Source: Nemertoderma westbladi
Lineage: Eukaryota; Animalia; Xenacoelomorpha
Length of the DNA: 64,000 nucleotides
Direction: 5' to 3'
NCBI GenBank assembly: GCA_032718475.1
Contig: JAUCBJ010007108.1
Coordinates: forward strand, 1 to 64,000
Positions 48,595 to 62,329 of the stretch are shown piece after piece (the first letter of the stretch is position 1; each line of letters opens with the position of its first letter). The position numbers and the translations under genes were made by a program. The notes beneath the pieces were generated by a model. The model ran no database searches and had not been told where the DNA came from. It saw nothing but the letters and a program-made list of their open reading frames with translations.

Positions 48595-48708
48595 GTTAGT
48601 TCTTTGGAAGCGCGCCTATTTATTTAACTTAAAAGTTAAAACGCTTTGTAAGATATTGAGACCTGCTTGTGTATGATCTTGGGCTGTGGCGGCCTCATGG
48701 GGCTGCAA

Positions 48709-49206
48709 TAGTAGGCCCGTAAGGGTAGTGCTAGGCTAGGATACAGCAGCAGTAGGCCCCTAAGGGTAGTGCTAGGCTAGGATACAGCAGCAGTAGGCCC
48801 CTAAGGGTAGTGCTAGGCTAGGATACAGCAGCAGTAGGCCCCTAAGGGTAGTGCTAGGCTAGGATACAGCAGCAGTAGGCCCCTAAGGGTAGTGCTAGGC
48901 TAGGATACAGCAGCAGTAGGCTCCTAAGGGTAGTGCTAGAGTAGGATACTGCAGCAGAGTAGGCCCCTAAGGGTAGTGCTAGGCTAGGATACTGCAGCAG
49001 TAGGCCCCTAAGGGTAGTGCTAGGCTAGGATACAGCAGCAGTAGGCCCCTAAGGGTAGTGCTAGGCTAGGATACTGCAGCAGTAGGCCCCTAAAGGTAGT
49101 GCTAGGCTAGGATACAGCAGCAGTAGGCCTCTAAGGGCAGTGCTAGGCTAGGATTCAGCAGCAGTAGGCCCCTAAGGGTACTGCTAGGCAAGGATACTGC
49201 AGCAGT
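48709..49206. repeat. 41-bp tandem array, ~12 copies, in SCAMP intron 3
   Basis: Unit AGCAGTAGGCCCCTAAGGGTAGTGCTAGGCTAGGATACAGC. Confidence 0.93.
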
Positions 49207-49660
49207 AGCCTCCCTTAGTGTATCAGTGAATTTATATTTCGCGAAGGTATATTTGAAATTAAACGGCAATATTTGAATTATAACCTCTAACTTTTTTGTT
49301 TATGAATACTATCGAACGCTGAACTTGCGAAATGTGCCCCCTATCATTGAAAGCTTTCATCCTTACTTTAACCTTTTTGATAATATAACTTTCGCATAAC
49401 CTTCGGTAGCTTTCGTTGGGTAATTGTCTTCTTTCAGAACTATCCTGAACAGCATTAACTTTTTTTTAATGAAGCTGCTTAATGCCGGACTTATACGTTT
49501 TTGAATATAAAATTTTAATACAAACATTTTAGTTAACTCGTTCATTCATATCACCATGATGGGTATAAATGGCATGGGGAGTGTAACTATCCCTATATTC
49601 ATCCGATTACACTACCTCGGCCTACTACTGTAATTTAGTTGGCTGCTGCAGCTTGTCAGG

Positions 49661-50366
49661 CTGCAACACAATACAGCAACTGCAACACAATACAGCAACT
49701 GCAACACAATACAGCAACTGCAACACAATACAGCAACTGCAACACAATACAGCAACTGCAACACAATACAGCAACTGCAACACAATACAGCAACTGCAAC
49801 ACAATACAGCAACTGCAACACAATACAGCAACTGCAACACAATACATCAACTGCAACACAATACAGCAACTGCAACACAATACAGCAACTGCAACACAAT
49901 ACAGCAACTGCAACACAAACAGCAACTGCAACACAATACAGCAACTGCAACACAATACAGCAACTGCAACACAATACATCAACTGCAACACAAACAGCAA
50001 CTGCAACACAATACAGCAACTGCAACACAATACAGCAACTGCAACACAATACAGCAACTGCAACACAATACATCAACTGCAACACAATACAGCAACTGCA
50101 ACACAATACAGCAACTGCAACACAATACAGCAACTGCAACACAAACAGCAACTGCAACACAAACAGCAACTGCAACACAATACAGCAACTGCAACACAAT
50201 ACAGCAACTGCAACACAATACAGCAACTGCAACACAATACAGCAACTGCAACACAATACAGCAACTGCAACACAATACAGCAACTGCAACACAATACAGC
50301 AACTGCAACACAAACAGCAACTGCAACACAATACAGCAACTGCAACACAATACAGCAACTGCAACA
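49661..50366. repeat. 19-bp tandem array, ~37 copies, ending ~23 bp before the SCAMP exon 4 acceptor
   Basis: Unit CTGCAACACAATACAGCAA, with 18-bp variants. Confidence 0.95.
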
Positions 50367-50389
50367 AATGTTTCAATATTAAATTTCAG

Positions 50390-50491
50390 ATCTGATAGCT
50401 CCTTCAATTTCTTTCTCTTCTTCTTTATATTTTTTGTTCAAATTGTTGTCAACATTGTTGAAGCGGTTGGTGTTGCTCAATTCGGCTCGTG
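50390..50491 (+). CDS. SCAMP: SCAMP coding exon 4 (TM3); later exons not found in the window
   Basis: tttcAG acceptor (phase 2), TG|GTAAGT donor; RSDSSFNFFLFFFIFFVQ continues the E-peptide. Confidence 0.92.
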
Positions 50492-51365
50492 GTAAGTGAA
50501 CTAATTTAATTACATTAGGCCTATATCTTTATATGTTTTATTAAGTTTATCCGTCAGATGTACAAGCGGGAACAGTAACTAATGTACAGTAACACGTTCG
50601 TGGGGGCTTCCGTAGAGGTAGGCCTACAATTAGTGGACGTAGTCATTCGCCCCCTGCCTAACGGTGGACAGATGAATTATAGAAGACTGTCTTTGTGTAG
50701 AATTTCTAAACATTTATAGACTACAATGTGTACCTTGTTTGGTTCCATTTCATCAAAGATTGACCGACGTATTTTCGACAACGGCGGCGGGTGGACCCAC
50801 TACTTATACCCCTACGCTAAGGCACAACTAAAGCTCGCCCCACATGATCCAAGCTGTAAAAGCTCTGTTTATGACTATGTGTCCCCTTGCATCTACATGA
50901 AGGTGAAATGTCAGTGTAGGCCTATACATACTTGATATGCAGTAGTACAACGTGGGTGCAAAAGGTACGATATTTCAATTTGGCGTGTCGTTTCAGCCTA
51001 TGGAAGATTTCTGGGCTTCTAATTGGCTGTTCTGCAAATAAGCTCACCTCATTGGCTAACACCCTCCCTTAGCAAAAAGGGGTTTCGGTTGAGCGTAATT
51101 TGCCAAAAGGGGTTTTGCTTGGGGTAAATGACTGTTTTATAGTGAAATACGGGCATTACTGCACTAAACCTTGGGTACCCATAGTTTGACTAAATCTTTT
51201 CATATTACTCTTTTCATATATTTCAAGGCTTTTATCATGAGGATTTTTTCTAGAACAAATATTTCACCTTCTGACAGTAGGTTGATATTTTTTCCAAAAA
51301 ATGTTCTAAAAAAAATGTGTTCTAGAACAAAAATAATCATCAAAATTTATAGCTAACACGTGTTC

Positions 51366-52761
51366 GGTATTACTACACCTTGGGTCACACCAGACAAATG
51401 TTTTATAGTGTTTTAAGCGTACTGTAACAATAGTAATTGAATTCTAGAATGTTTTATATTTATTATAACCACTTGCACAAAGTGCATAACTGTCGAATAA
51501 CAGTACTTTGTCGCTATGAGTGATGTTTCACGTCATTCACATTTAAGATTGTCGAATGATTTAAATATAAAGTAAATTGGTGCAAAATTATGCTCTGAAG
51601 AGAATGCAATTAACTATGCACAGTCATCCGGATTGTTACCTTCTGCAAACGCTGAATCAACATGTAAGTCAGAAGGATGTACTTATAGTGCATACATTTG
51701 GAGGAGAATGAGATATGGATTTCCTAGGTTGACCTGGCGCTGTAGGGGACCTCACAAACATCAAAGATCAGCTCGTGAAGGTACGTGGTTCAGTTCGAGT
51801 TCTAATTTGCTTGTGGAGCAAATTTTCTGGATCATGTTCTTTTTTATAATCAACATGTCCGCTAGAGTCACACTACGATTGCTTGATGGACTGGTAGGAA
51901 AGTCTATGACTAAGATAGTGGATTGGCAAAATTACATTAGAGAGCTGTTCGCAAAAGACAAAGATAACGCTGAGCTAATGGGGGGAGTTGGGGAAACAGT
52001 ACAAATCGACGAATCATTGTTTCGTGGAAGAAGAAAATATAAACGTGGGCGAAGACTTCTAGGAGATGTACTGTACCTTTCAAAAAGCGTAATCGAAAGA
52101 TAAAACATAAGGTTGTAGGAACTAGATCTAACAATTATGGTACTATGGTTGTTGGACCCTGGATTTTTGGCATAGCTTGGAAGCGACCGGATCGAGAAGT
52201 AGACGTTAGAATGTTCATAGTTAAAAGAAGGAACATGAGAACCTTGCGTCCGATTCTAGAGAGCAATGTCAAAGGTGGTACAACGATATTTAGCGACGAA
52301 TGGGCTGCATACTGCGGCAAAACTGTTGGGATAACTAGCAAACGTTTTCCATGGAAAGCCTGTGACGGTAGCGGTAAATACTTCCACAAACACGTAAACC
52401 ACAGTAAGAAGGGGCGTGGTAGATTCGTAGACCAGATCACCGGAGCGAACACGCAACTTATAGAAGGATTATGGGGACATGCCAAACTTATGATAATGTA
52501 GCAACGGAAAGGCACTAGATTGAATTTACTTCAAAGTCACCTAGATGAGTATCGGTGGAGGATGCTTCACAAACGTTCACCGTTTAACGACCTTATTGAA
52601 TTAGTAAAGCAAGAGTATCCAATTAACTAACTGTTAATATACATTCTAGAACAATTATCTATTTATTAATATACATTGTAGAACAATATTAGTATTCTTA
52701 AATAACCTATTTATGTATTAAAAAAAAATTTCGTAGGTGTGACCCAAGGTGTAGTAATACC
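51366..52761 (+). mobile_element. Merlin (IS1016/ISXO2-like) DNA transposon, transposase disrupted
   Basis: 26-bp TIR GGTATTACTACACCTTGGGTCACACC; 9-bp TSD CACGTGTTC; motifs VQIDES, TIFSDEWAAY, VNHS, NTQLIEGLW split by frameshift/stops. Confidence 0.9.
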
Positions 52762-53029
52762 CACGTGTTCTAACATTTATAAAAAAAGTAGAAAAAAACT
52801 AGCTAACTATAGTATAAAAAATATAAAATTTGTAAAAAGATTTATCAAAATTGACAACTAACACGTGTTCTATAACATATTATAAAAAAAGGTAGAAAAA
52901 TCTAGCTAGTATAAAAAATGTGTTCTAGAACAACAAAAAATGTGTTCTAGAACAACAAAAACTGTGTTCTAGAACAAATATATTTTTTCAAAATTGATAG
53001 CTAACACGTGTTCTTTATAACAGATACAT

Positions 53030-53550
53030 CAGCCACCTTAATCGACAACATATTAACTAACTTATCAGGTTCAATGAACTCCGGCGTTTTAGTATCTGCA
53101 ATTTCTGACCACCTCCCTATATTTCTGCATGTAGACAGATGTGCCAAAATCAACAAAATCAAAAATTAAACAAATTTACACACGAAAATGAAATGATAGT
53201 AAGAAAAAAGAAGCATTTTTATCACAAGTTCAGGCTACGAACTGGGAAGACATCTACTTTTATACTAACCTCAATAACGCTTATGATGTGTTTATAAATC
53301 GCTACAGGAAATCTATAACCAGAATTTCCCCCTTTGGTTGACTGAATGACTTATAAATGCGACAAAAAAACGTGATTGTTTATATGCAAAATACTTAAAA
53401 AACCCAAACTCAGAAAGATTATCAATATACACTAAATACCGTAATGCTTTAAAGTCCATCATACGTAATGCAAAAAAGGAATACTTTAGTATACAATTAG
53501 ACTGTAAAAAATCAAATATTAATTTAATCATGGACCATTTAATCAATTTA
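53030..53550 (+). pseudogene. CR1/L2-like LINE ORF2 fragment (end of APE endonuclease and linker)
   Basis: GVLVSAISDHLPIF at ~53083-53124; degenerate linker (YTKYRNALKSIIRNAKKEY). Confidence 0.75.
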
Positions 53551-53732
53551 TCATTACCAATTTTTCCGTTTTACTAAAATTGTAAGTAAGTAAGTAAGTA
53601 AGTTGTAAAAATCTTAGTAAAATTGGCGATACCATTATCATGAAATTATACGAAATAATTATTATTTGGTAAATCACAATCACATTTAATAGTGTCTCGG
53701 GGATACAATCATAAGAGATAGTCAGTCACGTA

Positions 53733-56700
53733 TAGTGGGGTCGCTTAAGGTGAAAATCGTTAATTGCCGGACAAAAGCATGAAAATATGACTATATATGT
53801 AAAAAAATGTGTAGATTAATCTGAGCCTGTGTACCAAAAAAATTGACTACTTCCCTAGCAACAGAGTGACTTTTACATAGCAACCGGGTAAAATTGGTCA
53901 TTTCTGTTATTGAAACTCACCATATACAAAAATTACGATTATATAACTGGTTTAGTTTATAATATAAGTCTGTAGACGTTTCCATAGCAACAAGGAGACC
54001 TTTACCTAGCAACCGCTCTATATTTAATGGAATTATGATTGAAACTTGGGATAATCAACCTGACTAGCAATAGAAGATGGTTAGTGATGACATAGGCGCT
54101 GATACACGTTTCCTTAGTAACCGGGGACCTTTCCCTAGCAACCGCTGTATATTTAATGAAATTATGATTGAAACTTGGGATAATCAACCTGTCTAGCAAT
54201 ATAAGATTGTTAGTAATAACATTGGCGCTGATACACGTGTCCATAGCAACAAGGTGACCTTTCCCTAGGAACTGCCTGAAATTTAGTGTAATTAATATTG
54301 GAACTGGAGATAAACAGCATTTATAGCAATATAAGATGGTTAGTAGTTATATTGGAGCTGTGATGCACGTTTCCATAGAAACAAAAGGTGAATCATATGT
54401 GATCAATAACAAGAGCAAGTGCATGTGCATAATTCTGTGCATTTAAACCCAGCCTTCCCACACTTGCAGTTTGTGCAATTGCGCTTTTTGGATGCGCATT
54501 TAATGAGTTCGTGGCACATCGTTGCAGCATCTGGCAGTGAGCTCCAGACGGGATTCCATTGAGTATTAAATACCCAACCGAAATCTGCTGGTGAAGGGAG
54601 TATCGGTTTGTCCTGTGTGCAGACTGCCCAAACGCTGGCTTGATATGTAGCCCGCATCACATGTTGGTAAAGGGCGTGTTGAGTTGGTGGCAAGCGATCA
54701 ATCACGCAGTTGCGTTTGGTGAATAGATCCCATCCCGTCTTGTATTATTTATACTCGTTCTGTTTGATTTTTTGTCATGCATACGTATAATAAATTTTTC
54801 CAACGCTTTGAATTCTACACTTTCGATTCCATATGGGAAGGGATTAAATGGCTGATCGTATACTGCCTTGAAAGTTGATGTGATTTCTGGCATGGCCAAC
54901 CAAGTTTTCCAAGCAGTTATTTTGCCAATATTTCTGAAGTGGGACACGGTGTCACAGCCACTAAGGACATGGAACATCAATAAACCCTTTGATTTGTCCT
55001 CACCTAACTTTTGGGATATATTATTCACATTAAAATATTTAAAATGTTTTCCAGAACCGAATGCTAACCATATGTTCAGACTGGGATGATTGGATATTAA
55101 ATAGAAGTGAACTCCGATCAGTATTACTAAAACGTCTGTATCACCTGTGCGCACAATGATATTTGTAGCCCCCATTGACAATGCATGCTGTATGTGTATT
55201 ATAATGCGGGTGTCAGCTTCTTCGTGTGAGCAATTTCCCATAATGGTGCCTCGACTATCCTGACAGAGCACATCTTCTTCCAATGTTGAGTAAATATATT
55301 TCCCTTCTGGGTATTTTTCTAGAATAATTGATTTGGATAAGTAGTTGAACAACTCGTTTTTATTATTAGAGTTCCTTAAGAAATCCATCCAATTTGCTGG
55401 AATTTTGGTTTTATCCTTAATGTTAACTTGGTTTCCACTACCACGTAAGTTTCTGATACCCATTTTCAAGCTTTCATGGCAGTATCTGTCAAAAACAAAG
55501 TCAACCCTGTCAGAATTGTTCAATTCGTGCTTTATATGAGGTATTATTTTATTAGTTAAATAGTCTTGTATGGTGGAACATCCTATAGGTCGAAGGCAAT
55601 GAACTATGAAAGGTGCATCAAAGACTTTAGCATGGAAATACTCAGGGACATCAACACTATATGTTATATCAAAAACCTTTAATATGTCAGATTTAGTCCC
55701 ATAATTGATGTCACCATACTGTAAAAGAGAAGGTGGATAAGGGTGGTTCTCATGAGCAAAGAAGACAGACGGATCTCCTTTTCGGGTTTGATTTGCAATA
55801 AAGAGTTTTCCAAACAATGATGCGTCGGATCGAACCTCAGACATGCGTTTGTTCTTTACATTAGAGAGTCTAGGCGATTTAAAAGTTGGAAACGAGTTGG
55901 ATTTAATGACATCTTTGAACGGCCTTACATTATTAACTAAAACATCAGTTACAAAATTAGTATATTGTTTCTTGCCACATGCTTCAATTTTACTTATGGT
56001 ATTAACTACAGAGTCAGCAGCATATGCTTGACTTGGTATCAATATGAGTTTGTCAGATTTTGAAATAAATGGGTTACCGTGTTCCTTAATGGTAATTACC
56101 AGATTATTGACATCATTTTGAAATGACTTTTGGAAAGCTATCGTTTCTTCATGGTGTTTTTTATCTGTGAGTTACAGATTTGTTCTTGACTCTATTGTTG
56201 TCTCGAATTTGCCAATCAATCTAGCAAATTCTGGTCCGGCTAAGAGCCACCTTCGAAATCCTGCTTCATTCTCAGTAAGATCAATCACACCACCACCACC
56301 ACCACCACCACTACCTTTAACTTTTTCATTTTCCTGTTCATGAGCTTGGTCGAAGGGAATAGCTGAGAAACGTCGACTTGACTTCGATGCAACCCAATTT
56401 CCTTTATTAAACACTTCGAATATGGTTTGTGGGAGAGACTTCATATCTAACAGAAATACACTTACCCATTGACTGTAGTGGTAATGGTCTAAACTAAAAA
56501 AGTAAACAACTAGAGTCTCTAAACAACTTATGAATAGTTGGAAATTTTTCTCTCTGTGAGCTCGAATAAATACTAGAAATAGCCTCTGAATTCTCAAAAT
56601 GAAGTCGTAGAACTGAAAGGTTGGATGCTCTGTTGCCATTAAGTCTCTCCAGTCTGAAAATGAATAACTATCAATGTGATTTGTATTACCATAGCTGGGT

Positions 56701-59700
56701 TGTCCGAAACATTGTAAGCATGGATACTATTGAGGGATTGGAAACATGGCCTCTGTTCATGGATGCATGATGTGCAGCCCATGAAACTGCTTGCTCTTTT
56801 GAGGTAATTTCACTTTCTAGAAGATTCTTAACCTCATGTATCCAAGTTTAATTGTCTTATATTGCATTTGTTAACAGATCGGGTGGAAAAATATGATTTG
56901 TTAGCATGTTTCTACATCTATTTACAGAAGTATTCAAATTCAATGCAGGGAGAACTGTAAATGAAGTGGGAAGTTCTGGTTTTGTGGTTCTAGTTATACG
57001 TACTTCATCAACATGACGTGCCGCTCCTGCATTATTTTCATTTGGAAATTGAGTGATGGAGAGGCCAGTTCCATGAAATGATGACTTTGCTGTGGTTGAT
57101 GATAGATTCACATCAATATTGTCAAATGCTCCAGTTGTAAATAATCCATTACGTAAATTGATAGGGCAAACAATATCATCAATTTGTGCTCGTTCAGCAA
57201 CAGTACATGCAATAGAGTTTTCTATTTGCAATATTCGATCATATGATGAACATATCCCAAGTGAATGCATTTGGTCTATCAATACTTTGAGCCGGGTGGT
57301 GCTATGAATTTTTAATCCAATATATTGGGGTAATGCTGGTTCCCTCTTTGTACAATGCCGAACATGGAGACCTCCAACTGACTGTGTCCTAGATTGTTTA
57401 TAATTATAAGTGATTAACTGAGAAATTGTGAGTCCTTCCTGTAAAATCTCAGCATCAGTATTAATACCAGAACCATACAAGAGCATTGATATTAGAAGTT
57501 GGAGATAACGAGGAGATCCATCTATTTGGCATGAATCGGAAAAGGTGTCAGAAAATGATGGAACTTCATGTTGCAATAAATGATATCGACATAGATTTGC
57601 AGCTTTTGACAATATGGATAGATCAGCATCAACATCACGTACTGAAAATGCCGCCATGGTCATTTCTTTCATCGATTCTGGAAACACCAAAATTACATTT
57701 TTCCTATCAGAAACAACCTGAACATTATATTGTTTGAAATGTTGAATAATGTCATCCTTTAGGTGAGTTTTATTCACTGAGACATAGTATCATTTGACAA
57801 TAACATTTGCGTAACATTTGTAACACGTAACATTTGAAAATCATTCATATCATTTGCCATGTTTGTCAAATTTTGCTGTGCATTTAGCGTGGAATAGTCA
57901 TGTAAGTCGCCAGAGTCACCTTCACAAAAGATACAAGCTTTATTATTATGTAACTGGGTTCTTTTCTGCCGCTTAACATCATCATATATATTATTATCGT
58001 TTGAACTCGCTATACTTTGTGAAGGACGCTGCAATGCTTTCGTTTGTTTAATTTACGTTCCAGTTTGTTATTGCAAAAAACCAACCGACAAGAATGGTGC
58101 CACTTGGCAACATTTCTCAGCAGATAAAATGCCTTGGTTTCTGCACTGAAACTTAATTCGATTGGTAACATTCCAATGTCTCTAAATTGATTGACATTGT
58201 CAAGAAAACGCTCATATATTCCGATGATTTCTTCAGAAGCTGGTGTATTGCACGGGTTATTAAGTTTTTCCGCGGAAGTTTTCTGACATATAATACATTT
58301 ACTAAAGTCTAGAAGGGTCTCCATTGATTTACAAATTCGAGGTTTTAGGTTCAACTACTAGTAAACTATTCTCACCAAATTTATAGTATCATGTTTGTAG
58401 GTAAATGGTAATGAATGTTAAGAATGTTAATGTTAAGAATGTTAATGTTAAGAATGTTAATGTTAAGAATGTCACATTGGTAGTAGTGTAGCGCGTTTCA
58501 ATATTATTCTGCTATTTTTAAAAGCTGTTTTAAAGCTAATACCTTTTGGAGGTATTACGTGGCCTTTTTTGAAATTATAAAAAATTTTATTTTATTTTAT
58601 AGATTATTATAATAATGCTTTAATAATTATAATATGCTTTTTTGGTATTGGTGAAAAAAGAATTTCTAGAACATTTAGTAGATATCAATATTGATGATAT
58701 TATAACAGTTTATAGTGTAATTAAACATCATTTGAGATTATTTGAACATCGTGTGGCGGTACAGTTTTATGAGTCTAAATTCAGCAAAGTGTCGCTGGAA
58801 AGAATAATAAAATAAAACCCATAAAAAATATAGGGTTGTTTACCAACCAACCACACCTATAAATAACGTAACATTAAAAAAATCCGTTTGAAAGATTTTA
58901 AATACTTACTATTACTAGCTACTGTAGTAAAAAATCCACTACCTTCATAAAAACGCAAGCTAATTAATAATGTTAACAAAAATTTTTTTTTTATTTTCAA
59001 AAAATGCTAGCTAGTAAAAAAAACGCAGCTGCTATTAAAAAAAATATCTACTTAAGGTCCTAGAACATTCACCATTACCAAAAAAAACATTGAAAAACAC
59101 AAAAAAATTAATGGTTAAAAAAATTGACAGAGACTGTCGACAGGGCGAAGTAGTGCCAATAAATAATAAACCAAAACAAAAGTTACATAATGTGAATTTC
59201 GAGGGAATAAGCAATAACCAGCTCACTAGTACCAGGATGTACTATTCTGTATCATAATTATAATTCTAGAATCGCAAAATGACTGTGACTATTATATTAC
59301 ACTCTGATTATTGACCATTTTCCTACACGAATAAAATACAACAGCAGCTACCGGTAGTATTGGTATTATATTTATCTGTGTTTGTTTTCATTATATGCGA
59401 AACATTCTAGAACGATTTAAGTTATTGCCAAGGATATCTTGTTCCTCTGGCCTCCTTTCTGTGCATGACGATGTTCTAAAACCGTATTACATCTGGGCCT
59501 GGCAGGTGAAATAGTAAAAAAATTTTTGAAGTTGGAAGTACAGTAGTTCTTACAGATTTTTTAGAGAGATATATCCATATTGTATTATAATATTATTATT
59601 ATTATGGGGTCAGCTCCCCGCGTGGCTACATTTTTGGATTTTTAACTGTACTTTTACACTGTAGTTTTATAAACACACATTATTCCCATAAAGTTAAATA

Positions 59701-60539
59701 TTTTTATGGAAACGTGTATCAATCAGCTCTAATATAACTACAAATAATCTTATATTCGCCCATGCCGCACGTTAAGAATACCAGGATTTCACTTTTCGGT
59801 CGACTTTTTATTGGAATTTTATATATGACTATTTTTTATTTTTTTAAATTTATCTTTTTTAAGTGTTTTATAGCGCTTATTTATGTCTTATAACCTGTAC
59901 ATATACTAATTCGTTTATTGTTTTGGTTTGATTCAGCCCTTCTGTAACTTGTGGTTTTGGTGAAAACCTGGTATACTTCACAAGGGAGTAACTGCAAAGT
60001 GAAATATAACAGCAGAAAGTATTGCTATATATTATATATATGCTATTTATATGCATATATTGCTATACAGGTTGGTTATCCCAACATGATCCCAAGATTC
60101 AATCAGAATTGCAGGCAGTTGCTAGGGAAAGGTCACCTTGTTGCTAAGGAAACGTGTATCAGCGCCGATGTCACTAATAACCATCTTCTATTGCTAGACA
60201 TGTTGTTTATCCCAAGTTTCAATCAAAATTTCAATAAATATACAGCGGTTGCTAGGGAAAGGTCACCCTGTTGCCAAGGAAAAGTGTATCAGCGCAAATG
60301 TCACTATTAACCATCTTCTATTTCTAGACAGGTTGTTTATCCCAAGTTTCAATCATAATTACATTACATATACAACAGTTGCTATGAAAAAGTCACCCTG
60401 TTGCTAGGGAAGTAGTCAATTTTTTTGGTACACAGGCTCAGATTAATCTACACATTTTTTTACATATATAGTCACATTTTCATGCTTTTGTCCGGCAATT
60501 AACGATTTTGCTATATTTCAGCCTTAAGCGACCCCACTA
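53733..60539 (-). mobile_element. Academ (AcademX-type) DNA transposon, 6.8 kb, transposase fragmented
   Basis: Long TIRs starting TAGTGGGGTCGCTTAAGG / CCTTAAGCGACCCCACTA; 3-bp TSD GTA; ~120-bp subterminal repeats; minus ORF fragments 58354-54403 with AFDNID..FHGT, FDQAHEQEN, XPG-like HEEADTR/DTDV/GCDT, LPPT..H..RA.YQ and a C-terminal Cys cluster. Confidence 0.85.
59757..60019. mobile_element. Partial copy of the 864-1137 MITE inside the Academ element
   Basis: AAGAATACCAGGATTTCACTTTTCGGTCGAC... nearly identical to 875-1115. Confidence 0.8.
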
Positions 60540-61089
60540 GTAGGGTTATGTGAACTTTAAATGCTCATGACCTTTGAAGTAAAAGGTTAAGAATGACATT
60601 ATCTCTAAGTAATCCTCTAAGTTACTAGTAACTTAATTTACTAAAATGCACAAATTTTGGAAAAATGTTGAAAATTAATTTTTTGATGATTATGATGTTA
60701 AATTTAACGGAGATTTCAAATCAGAAAATGGCTTAGCAGTAGCTCTTTTAGTTTTCGAGTTATGACACTTTTAATATACTGTGAACAATAATTTTGGTGC
60801 CAATTGTTTAACTGCAATTTTCCCGGAATCTTTTTTCCAGATTTTAGCAAATTCAAATCCCTACTAGGCCCCCTACTAGGCCCCCTACATCAACAATTAT
60901 GTGAAAATTATCTGAAATGATCACTGAATTAATCTAAGACATTATCGTAGAGGATTATTGACTATTATTTACTAGGTACTTAAATTAAATTAATTTTTAC
61001 TAAGATAATAATTTCATGGTAATTTAATCATTTAATCATTTGTATAATGGCCCGTATGCATAAATCAGTGTGGAAATCAATCTCAGTGA

Positions 61090-62210
61090 ACCTCAGTGTG
61101 GAAATCAATCAATTTGCTTATACGAAGAACTGTTCAACCATCTGTACCGTCACTTATATCAGATAACTCGCGCATATACTCCAATGAAAAAGAAATTGCC
61201 AATGCATTCAATAATTATTATTTGCACATAGGGAAAAATCTTGACTCGAAAATTCCGGCTAGTGCCGAATCACCAATTGACTATTTAACACCATTACCAA
61301 ATATTAAAAAGCTGCTCCAATTTAATCTAATCACACCTGGGAATGTTATAGATATATGCAAAAGTCTAAGTTCTAAAACAAGTGCTGGGCATGACAATCT
61401 ACCTGCTTCCATAGTTAAACCCACTGTTGCTGCAATCGCCAACCCAATGGCACACATTATCAACCCATCACTAATTACTGATATTGTCCCCAACAGCATG
61501 AAAGTAGCAAAAGTAATCCCAGTATACAAGGGAATCGTTCCCTAGTTCAAAACTACAGGCCAATAAGTATTTTTAAATATTTTTAAATAAATTAAAAATT
61601 TAAATAAATATTTTTCTAAAATTATAGAAAAAATAGTGTATCAGCAGCTTATTGATCATTTCAATAACCAGATGCTGCTATCCTCATCACAATATGGTTT
61701 TAGACGTAAACGATCAAAACAGTTGGCATTACTGGGTGTGGTTGAAAATATCACTAATGCAACGGATAATTCTCAATTGGGGTATCAGTCGATTTGTCAA
61801 AAGCTTTTGACACAGTCAACCACGAAATTTGATAAAAAACTACATCACTATGGGGTCAATGGCACTGCGCTAGCGTGGCTTAAAAATTATTTAGAAAATC
61901 GCACCCAATATGTCCAAAAGGATCTGGTAAATCTGTGATCTGGCTACAATCTCGGTGGGAGTTCCTCAAGGTTATATTTTGGGTCCTTTGCTGTTTATAA
62001 TAAAAATGTAATGATAGAGTCAATGTTTCTAATATTCTGCACTTTATTTTGCTTGCTGATGACACAAATATCCTAATATCAAGTAAAGATTTAGCTCACA
62101 TAATAGACATAACGAATATTGAATTGGCTAAACTGTCCAGCTGGTTTCAGGTAAATAGGCTCTCACTAAATGTTAAAAAAACTAACTACATAATATTATT
62201 TTCAACACCA
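61090..62210 (+). pseudogene. CR1/L2-like LINE reverse transcriptase, degenerate; probable continuation of 53030-53550
   Basis: IANAFNNY, SAGHD, KVAKVIPVYK, QYGFR, KAFDTVNH, GVPQGYILGPLLF, LADDT, WFQVNRLSLNVKKT across frameshifts. Confidence 0.88.
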
Positions 62211-62329
62211 AATACACTATCTAAAACAAGTAGTATTGCGACCATAGCCTACTATGCGGCCTAACATGTTGTCGATTTGGCCTTAAAAAAAGGGGCCAGT
62301 TTTTTTTTAACATTAAACAATTCATTGGA

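Noticed and set aside
50726-50935. ORF 50726-50935 as SCAMP exon 5
   Set aside because: No suitable phase-2 acceptor and no TM4-like hydrophobic segment
51366-52761. Bacterial IS1595/ISXO2 contamination or recent horizontal transfer
   Set aside because: Merlin is the established eukaryotic branch of this family, and this copy is decayed and embedded in host repeats with a TSD
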